Shown: positions 47,441 to 55,030 of the stretch, piece after piece | How the letters are laid out: each line of letters begins with the position of its first letter | Position numbering within the stretch: the stretch's first letter is position 1 | Assembly (NCBI GenBank): GCA_964564435.1 | Contig: CAZMAT010000002.1 | Span: 140,002 to 204,001, forward strand | DNA length: 64,000 nucleotides | Direction: 5' to 3' | Source: an uncultured bacterium | GTDB taxonomy: Bacteria > Fermentibacterota > Fermentibacteria > Fermentibacterales > Fermentibacteraceae | Program-made: the position numbers and the translations under genes | Notes under the pieces: model-generated | The model's input: only the letters and a program-made list of their open reading frames with translations | What the model was told of the DNA's origin: nothing | Databases searched by the model: none

Positions 47441-48351
47441 GGGCCGGTCCCGAGCATCGCCGAGGCGGCGTTCGCCACTTCTTCGACCGTGATCGATCCG
47501 AGGCAGGGAGGAGCGCCGCCTTCGGGGCAGCGTTTCCGGAAGCAGGGCGAACATGCGAATCCGGCCGCGCGTACCGTCGTCACCCTCCTCCCGGAGGGGG
47601 CCGTCCAGTCCGGCGAGGTCGAACCGAACACCACGACGGACGGGACCCCGAGGAGGGCTGCGAGGTGCATCCCCCCGGAATCGTTGCCGATGGCGATGCG
47701 GGAGCCTGCTAGCCCGGCGCAGAGAAGCGGATAGGACAGGCCGGCTGCGGTCCGGGATCCGCCGCCCGAGGCGCTGCGGATCTCCGAGAGCAGGGGGGCC
47801 TCCCCGGCGCTGCCGTAGAACACCGCCGGGAGCCCGGTGCGTGACGATACGATCCTGGCGGCTTCGGCAAAGCCGTGCCACCTCTTGGCGGGTCCGAACG
47901 CCGCTCCGGGAAAGACTGCGATGTGCGGAGGAGAACCCGGCTCTAGGGCCGGTATCTCCACGGGTGCTGGCTCGGAACCGGCCTCGCGGGCGAGGCGCTC
48001 GAAGTCGAGGCTGTGGTGATGCCCCCTGCCTGAGGGTGGGACGATGCGCCGGGAAAGGAGGAGGTCCCTCATCTGCCCGGCATGGCCGATCCTCTCCGGG
48101 ATGCCCGATCTGAACCCCATCCAGGCAGACCTGAAGGAGTCGGTGAGGAGCAGAAGGCGCGAGTAGTCACCACGGCGCGGCAGTGCACGCGAATCGATCA
48201 CGGGCATGCCGGGGAAGATCACCGGAAGGAGGCCCGAAACCCTGCCGTGCGCCCAGAACCCGGCGCCCCCGGGACTCCTCGACAGGCCGGACAGGGCCTC
48301 CATGCTCATCACGAGATCACCCAGCCAGTTGGGGACCCTGACCAGGAGCAC
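47437..48351 (-). CDS. ADP-heptose:LPS heptosyltransferase (GT9)
   Basis: MLLVRVPNWLGDLVMSMEAL...GNDSGGMHLAAL motifs. Confidence 0.8.
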   Translation of the reverse strand: MLLVRVPNWLGDLVMSMEALSGLSRSPGGAGFWAHGRVSGLLPVIFPGMPVIDSRALPRRGDYSRLLLLTDSFRSAWMGFRSGIPERIGHAGQMRDLLLSRRIVPPSGRGHHHSLDFERLAREAGSEPAPVEIPALEPGSPPHIAVFPGAAFGPAKRWHGFAEAARIVSSRTGLPAVFYGSAGEAPLLSEIRSASGGGSRTAAGLSYPLLCAGLAGSRIAIGNDSGGMHLAALLGVPSVVVFGSTSPDWTAPSGRRVTTVRAAGFACSPCFRKRCPEGGAPPCLGSITVEEVANAASAMLGTGP

Positions 48352-48354
48352 GGA

Positions 48355-49245
48355 TCACCAGCCGGTCCTCAGGAGTTCGGCCCATGAGTCGGCCAGACCC
48401 TGCGCATCCCGGGCGGGAGGACCTCCCCAGTTCGGGAAGGCTGACTTCCTGTCCAGGCCTATCACGGGCACGCCCATCGCGGATGCCTGGGCCCAGTGGA
48501 CCGGATCGTCGGTCGCGACCACCGTCGCCCCGGCGATGACGGCGGCCTTCACAGAAGGGGGCTGTCCGGCCACGGGGCCTTCCTTCGAGTCCATGGGGAC
48601 TACCCTCATGGGCAGTTCGGCGCCGCGCCTCCTCAGGATGTCAGCTACCCGCACGGTGGTAGCCATGTAGGGCAGCACCGAGCCCGAAACCGGCGACAGC
48701 AGCGATGCTGCCTGAGCCATCTCCCCCCGGGGCACGGAAGGCCTCCAGGAAGTGTCCGGGCAGGCCCCGAGCAGCTTCGACAGCTCGTACATCCTCGCCG
48801 GAACCGGCATGGCCGTCAGGTTGAAGACGAGGTTTGCATCCTCGTCGGGCCTCGTGTAGATGCGGATCGCGTCACGGAACCTCTTCGCGATCGGCCTGAT
48901 GGCGCTGTCGGGAAACTCCGACACCACCATCACTATCCTGGCGTCGGGGAGCACGTCGGCAGACGATCCGCGGCCTCCCCTGCCCGGGCCGTAGACGGTC
49001 ACGGCGGGGGGCACGTCCAGCAGGGAGGGCACGTCGACATCCGCTGCGGGCAGGATCATCTCGATGGCCGTTCCCGGGAGCGAGCGCGCCACCGAATTGG
49101 CCAGGAAGAGCGCCGCCCAGGAGTCGAAGCCCGTGGATCCGGCCAGGATCGCGATCCTCTCCGGTGACAGCAGGTCGTCTGGGAGATGAATCATGATTTC
49201 CTTCGGAGCGGGTCTTCGTCCTGCGAGGAAGGCGGGCAGCCTCAT
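48355..49245 (-). CDS. GT9-like heptosyltransferase paralog
   Basis: GT-B fold; N-terminal motif weaker than in its paralog. ATGA overlap with the upstream TPR gene. Confidence 0.55.
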   Translation of the reverse strand: MRLPAFLAGRRPAPKEIMIHLPDDLLSPERIAILAGSTGFDSWAALFLANSVARSLPGTAIEMILPAADVDVPSLLDVPPAVTVYGPGRGGRGSSADVLPDARIVMVVSEFPDSAIRPIAKRFRDAIRIYTRPDEDANLVFNLTAMPVPARMYELSKLLGACPDTSWRPSVPRGEMAQAASLLSPVSGSVLPYMATTVRVADILRRRGAELPMRVVPMDSKEGPVAGQPPSVKAAVIAGATVVATDDPVHWAQASAMGVPVIGLDRKSAFPNWGGPPARDAQGLADSWAELLRTGW

Positions 49246-49934
49246 TCCAGATCCTCCAGCAGCCTGCGAGCCATGTCCCTGACGGCGATCGACGCATCCG
49301 GCGAGCCCGCGAGCGAGTCTAGCAGGAGTGCGGATCTCGAGGTGCCTCCGGCCCTCCAGGAGCAGAGCGCCTCCTGTATCCTGGGAAGCCCCTCGGAGGG
49401 GAAGGTCCGGGCGAGGAACTCCGCCTGCGCCATGGCGTCGTCATCCCTTCCTGCGGAGAGCGTCGCGAACGAGAGGTCCAGCGCAGAGTAGAAGGATCTC
49501 CTCACCGTGGTGGCGCAGTCGACCGCCGCGGCGAACTCCGAGGCCGCATCGCCGGGGAGGCCCCTGTAGAGGAGGGCCGTCCCCCTCGCCCTGTGGACCA
49601 GCCAGGGATCCCCCTGCACCGATTCGAGCCCCGCGACGGCCATGCTGTCCAGCCCGGCCGTCCAGGCGAGCCTGGCATACCAGTAGTCGAACTCGCCCCG
49701 TAGGGAGTCTGTACCGGCGATCCGCTCGAGATCGCACAGCAGCATGTGGGCCCTTCCGGAGTGGCCGGCATAGAGAGCTTCCTCGAGGAGCCTGCAGAGG
49801 ACACGGCATTCCCCCGCGGCACTGCCAGCCTGCTCGTAGAGTGCCCCCGCCTCCCACAGCCTGCCTGCGGTCTCCAGCTCCCGCGCATCATCGAGGATGC
49901 CGCAGAACAGAGCGATCGCCATGAGGAGAGTCAT
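49242..49934 (-). CDS. TPR-like helical repeat protein
   Basis: 230 aa, all-helical. The start at the internal Met overlaps the upstream CDP-alcohol phosphatidyltransferase stop (ATGA). Confidence 0.45.
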   Translation of the reverse strand: MTLLMAIALFCGILDDARELETAGRLWEAGALYEQAGSAAGECRVLCRLLEEALYAGHSGRAHMLLCDLERIAGTDSLRGEFDYWYARLAWTAGLDSMAVAGLESVQGDPWLVHRARGTALLYRGLPGDAASEFAAAVDCATTVRRSFYSALDLSFATLSAGRDDDAMAQAEFLARTFPSEGLPRIQEALCSWRAGGTSRSALLLDSLAGSPDASIAVRDMARRLLEDLE

Positions 49935-50536
49935 TTCCCGTACCTCGCCAGCAGCCGTCTGATGAGCCTCAGATAGCCGGCCACCCCGAACAGGGTCGAT
50001 GCCAGCGCCAGGAACTCGGCGGTTCCGGCGATGGTGGAGTACACGGCCTTTCCCGGAAGGGCTGCCGATCCGGCGGCACTCGCGGCGAGGACGAAGCTCA
50101 GGATCACTACGAGCTTCTCGCTGGTCGGGATGACGACGAGCGGCTTGCCCACGCCCCAGGAGACCACCGTCGTGGCCGCGAGCACCAGCAGGTGGTACCC
50201 CGACAGGGCGGCCGCCGTGATTGTGTCCACCCATCCCGCCCTGGCCATCACAAGCAGGGTCACGGACAGGAATATCTTGTCTGCGACGAAGTCGAGCACC
50301 TTCCCCTCGAAGGACGACCTGCGCAGCCTCCGGGCGGTCCACCCGTCGAGGTAGTCGGTGGCGGCGGCGCCAAGCACGATCCAGAAAAGAGCCAGCGGTT
50401 CGATTCCATAGTATGCCATGGCGCCGACCCAGAATGCGGCCAGCATCCGCAGGCCGGTGACCAGGGCGGGGACGAGGGGCGGCCAGCGCACCTGCTGGGA
50501 ATCCGGCGGGAAGGCCTCAGCGCCCTGTCGCCTCAT
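49931..50536 (-). CDS. CDP-alcohol phosphatidyltransferase
   Basis: DYLDGWTARRLRRSSFEGKVLDFVADKI matches D-G-x2-A-R-x8-G-x3-D-x3-D. About 200 aa with 4-5 TM helices. Confidence 0.8.
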   Translation of the reverse strand: MRRQGAEAFPPDSQQVRWPPLVPALVTGLRMLAAFWVGAMAYYGIEPLALFWIVLGAAATDYLDGWTARRLRRSSFEGKVLDFVADKIFLSVTLLVMARAGWVDTITAAALSGYHLLVLAATTVVSWGVGKPLVVIPTSEKLVVILSFVLAASAAGSAALPGKAVYSTIAGTAEFLALASTLFGVAGYLRLIRRLLARYGK

Positions 50537-51170
50537 CGGCCCTCCTGAAGAACGGATCGATCTCGTCGAGCCAGATGATCCCGTCATGCGGGAAGCTCCC
50601 CGACGGGAAGGCTTCCGAGATGCAGGCCATGTCCACGGTCGAGAGGAACGCTTCGGGATGGAACAGCCCGTCGGGCGGCAGGACCATCCATCCGGCGGCC
50701 AGGACCGCAGCGATGGCCTGGGCCGCATCGTCACCTTCGAGGTCCGGAGGGGGTTCGGGCAGCATGGCGAGATAGGGGTGAAGGGAGTAGCGCCCGTACC
50801 ACGAGGCAGCCATGGCCAGATCGCGCCTGTTGGCCGGGATCCTGGCGCCGCGGCCCTCGAGGCAGGCCGATGCCCTTCCGGGCTCTCCGCCGGCGACCAG
50901 GACCAGCACCAGGGGCATGAGGGCAGTCCTGTCGCCCGCCCTGAGCCTGTCGCGCAGGCGCTCCTCGGCCGCGATGCCCTCCGTGGCTATCTCCGCAGAT
51001 GTCGGCGTGGAATAGGCGGTCGACATGCCGGACAGCGCGTCGAAGCCTCCCTGGTCCATCACGACGATGGAGACGAGGGACGCGGCCGCGGCGGAACCTG
51101 TACCGGGGACCATGCCGGCCCTGAGCTGCCAGGTCGCGGTGTCGGCGGAGGCGCCTGCGCACAGCAGCAT
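50517..51170 (-). CDS. hypothetical secreted protein
   Basis: The start is chosen downstream of tRNA-Gly. The upstream part of the 268-aa ORF is a translated tRNA. Confidence 0.35.
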   Translation of the reverse strand: MLLCAGASADTATWQLRAGMVPGTGSAAAASLVSIVVMDQGGFDALSGMSTAYSTPTSAEIATEGIAAEERLRDRLRAGDRTALMPLVLVLVAGGEPGRASACLEGRGARIPANRRDLAMAASWYGRYSLHPYLAMLPEPPPDLEGDDAAQAIAAVLAAGWMVLPPDGLFHPEAFLSTVDMACISEAFPSGSFPHDGIIWLDEIDPFFRRADEATGR

Positions 51171-51193
51171 GGCGATCAAACCGAAGGGGATCC

Positions 51194-51269
51194 TGGAGCG
51201 GGCAACGGGATTCGAACCCGCGACTTTCAGCATGGGAGGCTGACACTCTACCAACTGAGCTATGCCCGC
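51194..51269 (-). tRNA. tRNA-Gly (anticodon CCC), CCA encoded
   Basis: GCGGGCATAGCTCAGTTGGTAGAGTGTCAGCCTCCCATGCTGAAAGTCGCGGGTTCGAATCCCGTTGCCCGCTCCA; anticodon loop CTCCCAT. Confidence 0.85.
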
Positions 51270-51319
51270 TCCGGACGGGGGAATTGAATAGGCGAAGGAA
51301 CTCCCGGCGTCAAGCCCGT

Positions 51320-52135
51320 TCAAGAGAGGGGCTCCAGGGTTTCACCCTCGTAGACGGGCCTGGCTTCACCCTCGAGCCACCAGCCTGCATCATCCATGCC
51401 GACTTCGAGAGGAGATCCTCCCGGAGGATGCACCGTGCAGGGCAGGGCGACACGCCCGTCGCGAAGACCCGCGAAAACCGCGGCGACCGCTCCCGTGCCG
51501 CAGGCCAGGGTCTCGCCCTCCACTCCCCTCTCCCATGTCCTGATCCGCATCGTTCCGGGCGCCTCGACGCATGCGAAGTCCACGTTCGCTCCGGCAGGCC
51601 CGGTTTCGGGAGCCCGCCTCAGGGCCGCGGCGGAGGACTCGAACAGGCCGTCAGTGAGATCATCCCTGAAGATCACGAGGTGGGGCACCCCAGTGTCCTC
51701 GAGGGATGCCTCCAGGATGGCCGCCACTCCGCCGGGTCCCGGAGCGTCGAGCGACAGACTCGCGGAGAGAGTGACCGGGGCGGTGAACCAGAGCCTCACC
51801 GTCCCGCCCGGCCTCACTTCGGCACGGTGCGTCCCGGCGTCGCTCTCGAAAGTCTGCACGGGCCCGGCGGCGCCCCTCATGACGGCGAAACGGGCGATGC
51901 AGCGGCCTCCATTCCCGCACATGGAGGCCCGGCCACCGTCGCTGTTGTAGTAGACCATCCGGTAGTCGGCGGTGCGTGACCCCCTGAGTTCGAGCAGGCC
52001 GTCGGCCCCTATCGAGAGCGCCCGCCTGCAGAGCCCTGCGATACGGGGCTGCGTCAGGAAGGGGTCGAGGGAGCGGTCCATGTTGTCCACGGCGATGAAA
52101 TCGTTGCCTGCGCCCGTGAGCTTCGTGAACTTCAT
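51320..52135 (-). CDS. dapF: diaminopimelate epimerase
   Basis: FTKLTGAGNDFI...MCGNGGRC motifs. Confidence 0.88.
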   Translation of the reverse strand: MKFTKLTGAGNDFIAVDNMDRSLDPFLTQPRIAGLCRRALSIGADGLLELRGSRTADYRMVYYNSDGGRASMCGNGGRCIARFAVMRGAAGPVQTFESDAGTHRAEVRPGGTVRLWFTAPVTLSASLSLDAPGPGGVAAILEASLEDTGVPHLVIFRDDLTDGLFESSAAALRRAPETGPAGANVDFACVEAPGTMRIRTWERGVEGETLACGTGAVAAVFAGLRDGRVALPCTVHPPGGSPLEVGMDDAGWWLEGEARPVYEGETLEPLS

Positions 52136-54357
52136 TCCATACCCCGCGCGGCGAGCCAGAGCAGATCGGCCGCGTTCCCCGATCCGGCGAGAGCCGGATC
52201 CTCCTCCAGGGCCGCCTTCACCTCCGACGCAGCCTCTTCCTCCATGCCTGCGGCGAGATAGAGCCTGGCGAGATCGAGCCTAAGCTCGGGATCGGGCCCG
52301 AATGCCGACAGATAGGCGTCGAAGTCGGCTGCTATCCCTTCGATGGGATACAGCCCGTCGAGATGGAGCCCGACGAGTTCCTGCATGATGCCGGTGGCTG
52401 CGTCCAGGTCGCTGCCGTCGTCGCATACAAGCACGAGCGCGGCGGAGAGCAGTTCAGGCGACCTGTTGCCCCGCCCGGCGAGGGCCAGGGAGCGGGCGGT
52501 CTCCATGGGGTAGGACAGCGCCTCCGCGGCCTTCGGATATTCTCCGAAGAGATCCGTGAACCTTGCGTCGAAGAGGAGCCCGGAGCGGGCCGGGGATGTC
52601 GCGGACGACCCTGACGGGAGGGAGAAGACCCTCAGCGAGGGGCCCTGGAACACCAGGCGGAGATCCGACAGGCCTTCCGGTTCGTACTGCATCAGGATGG
52701 CCGCGGAATTCCCCGGCGGGGATGTCAGCCCCGCCAGGTAGAGCAGGCCCGCCGGACCCTGGTCGAGGAGGAAGTCGGCCTGATGGACCACATACTCGGA
52801 CCCGGTCCTCCGCATGAACGCAGTCAGGCTGTCCTCGGGCTGGAAGATCCGTACCGCGAACTCCTCGATGTTCCTCCGGTTGGAGGCGTTCTCGAAGAAG
52901 GTGTGCGTCACCACCGGCCTCCCGGCGTACGCCGACAGGAACCCGGAGATATGCCAGTAGGACAGGAATGCCTCGTCGGGATCGGTGGAGGAATCGGCCC
53001 ACACGATCAGGTCCGAGAGCTCCTCCTCGCCGAGCAGGGAGGCCTGCTGTCCGAAATGGAGCCCGGCGCCCTCCAGAATGCCTGAATAGGGGATCACGAA
53101 GACCGACTGAAGCGCCAGGATCGCCCCGAACACGGGATACCTCCACCGCGTCCTAAGGGTCTCGACGGCGGGTGCGAGAAGGACTGGGGCGAGGAGCACG
53201 TGGAGCCTGTCCATCATCATGTATGCAGCGAGTGCCGCGGGAACCGCCCAGCGCAGCAGCGACGGCCCCCTCTGCCAGAGCTTGCGGGCGCCGAAGAGGG
53301 CGAAGACGATCAGCGGGCCGAAAAGGAGCAGTATCTCCCCGACTGGAGGGGTCTCGTACCCTCCCACCCAGAACAGCCTGGCATCAGGCGTGAGCTGGAG
53401 GGGATCACCGGGGTGCATGAAGAGGAACCTGAACTTGGCCAGGATCATGGCCCCGACGTGCGCCGTGGCGTCGTTGAACCCGGACAGGGCGACCATCGCG
53501 GATGCAGCCGCCGCGAGCACGGGCAGTGCGGTCACCCTGGCGGCCGTGGAGACGAGGAGGGCGAAGGCCACGACGGATGCGGGCGACAGGATGGCTCCCT
53601 CGGCGCGCATGTGCGGGATGAGCAGCGCGGAAGCTATCTGCGCGGCTGCCGGCAGGGCCACGGCGTGAAGGGGGAGCTTCCTCCCGATGTGGAGGACGAG
53701 GATGTAGAAGAGGACCGCCGCGCACACGAAGCCCGACGCCTTCCACGATGCCGCGGCAGCCGACAGAAGGATGGCCGAGACTATGGAGGGGGCCAGGCTG
53801 GCCCGGGACGAGGCAGCCCTCGTCGACTTCTCGACGGACCAGCAGAGGAAGAGGATGATGGGGACGGCGACGGTCTCCCTGTAGAACGACTCCCCCCTTG
53901 CCCGGAGCATCGCCGGTAGCAGGAAACCGTATGCGAGCGCGGCCATCGCCGCCCGACTCGCGCCCAGGCCGGCCTCCCGGAACCACAGCAGTATGGCGAT
54001 CATTCCCAGAAGCGGGAATGCGATGCAGAACACCCTGAGGAAGTCCTGGAAGTCAGTGCCGGGGAAGATGGCGCGGTGGAGCCCTCCGGCGATGTACTCC
54101 TCGAAGATGGAGTTCTCGGAGGTGAGCATTCCCGACGGGTGCATCACCAGAGTGTCGAGCGCGGGGATCGCCCAGCTTTCGGACACCATCGAGGCATATC
54201 GGTACGACTGCGTGGTCTCGCCCTGCATCCGGGGCGGAGGGGGGAGTATGTCCGACGAGAACCACGACCTGAGAAGGAAGGCTGCCAGCAGGGCCGCCAC
54301 CGTCAGTATGGGAAGAGAGAGCGCCCTCCCGAGCGGATGGTCACGACAGGCGGGCAT
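52132..54357 (-). CDS. polytopic membrane glycosyltransferase, GT-C superfamily (ArnT/PMT/STT3-like), with large C-terminal soluble domain
   Basis: 741 aa. About 11 TM helices in the first ~430 aa, then a helical/TPR-like C-terminus. Family assignment is by architecture only. Confidence 0.5.
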   Translation of the reverse strand: MPACRDHPLGRALSLPILTVAALLAAFLLRSWFSSDILPPPPRMQGETTQSYRYASMVSESWAIPALDTLVMHPSGMLTSENSIFEEYIAGGLHRAIFPGTDFQDFLRVFCIAFPLLGMIAILLWFREAGLGASRAAMAALAYGFLLPAMLRARGESFYRETVAVPIILFLCWSVEKSTRAASSRASLAPSIVSAILLSAAAASWKASGFVCAAVLFYILVLHIGRKLPLHAVALPAAAQIASALLIPHMRAEGAILSPASVVAFALLVSTAARVTALPVLAAAASAMVALSGFNDATAHVGAMILAKFRFLFMHPGDPLQLTPDARLFWVGGYETPPVGEILLLFGPLIVFALFGARKLWQRGPSLLRWAVPAALAAYMMMDRLHVLLAPVLLAPAVETLRTRWRYPVFGAILALQSVFVIPYSGILEGAGLHFGQQASLLGEEELSDLIVWADSSTDPDEAFLSYWHISGFLSAYAGRPVVTHTFFENASNRRNIEEFAVRIFQPEDSLTAFMRRTGSEYVVHQADFLLDQGPAGLLYLAGLTSPPGNSAAILMQYEPEGLSDLRLVFQGPSLRVFSLPSGSSATSPARSGLLFDARFTDLFGEYPKAAEALSYPMETARSLALAGRGNRSPELLSAALVLVCDDGSDLDAATGIMQELVGLHLDGLYPIEGIAADFDAYLSAFGPDPELRLDLARLYLAAGMEEEAASEVKAALEEDPALAGSGNAADLLWLAARGME

Positions 54358-54919
54358 GGCGCCGCGCCATCATAGCCGCAATGAGCTTGAGGGTCTCGGC
54401 CGGCCCGCCACCTCCGAGGGCCACGGCTTCGACCACGGGCCAGCCGTGCCTGTTCAGGAGCCTGTCCATCATGTCGACGGGGGCTATGCCCGGGAGGTCC
54501 CTCTTGTTGTACTGGAGGACGACCGGGATCATGGAGAGGTTGAGGCTGAAGCTCTGGAGGTTCTGCTCGAGGTCGTCCAGGGTGTCGACATTGGCGTCCA
54601 TGCGTTCCATCTGGCTGTCCGCGACGAAGACGAGACCGTCCAGCCCGTCGAGTATCACTCTCCTGCTGAGGGCGTAGTATGCCTGGCCGGGTACGGAGTA
54701 GAGGTGGAGCCTCACGTTCGCGCCCTTCACCCATGCGAAGTCGACCGGGAGGAAGTCGAAGAACACGGTTCTCTCGCCGCGGGTGCAGAGGGTCACCAGC
54801 CTGCCCCTGTTCTCCGGGGCGATCAGGTCGCGGATCCGTCTGAGATTGGTCGTCTTGCCGGAGAGCCCCGGGCCGTAGAAGACGATCTTGTAGGCTACCT
54901 CGCTGCCGGATCTGTGCAT
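54341..54919 (-). CDS. mglA: MglA-like Ras-family small GTPase (paralog 1)
   Basis: YKIVFYGPGLSGKTTNL...RTVFFDFLP...LHLYSVPGQ...VFVADSQ...QYNKRDLP. Collinear with M. xanthus MglA over ~190 aa. Its 3' end overlaps the GT-C gene start by 17 nt. Confidence 0.8.
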   Translation of the reverse strand: MHRSGSEVAYKIVFYGPGLSGKTTNLRRIRDLIAPENRGRLVTLCTRGERTVFFDFLPVDFAWVKGANVRLHLYSVPGQAYYALSRRVILDGLDGLVFVADSQMERMDANVDTLDDLEQNLQSFSLNLSMIPVVLQYNKRDLPGIAPVDMMDRLLNRHGWPVVEAVALGGGGPAETLKLIAAMMARRHARLS

Positions 54920-55030
54920 TCGAGCTCCCGCGGCTTCATGGCCGACTGACCGGACAGAAACTACCGATTGCCGGCCCCCGGTGCAAGTCCCGGCGCATCA
55001 GGACCACTCCATCCGCCGCTCGGCGGGTCT

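Noticed and set aside
50517-51323. 268-aa ORF whose N-terminus reads GIAQLVECQPPMLKVAGSNPVARS
   Set aside because: That segment is a translated tRNA-Gly gene on the same strand. The CDS was trimmed to start after the tRNA.
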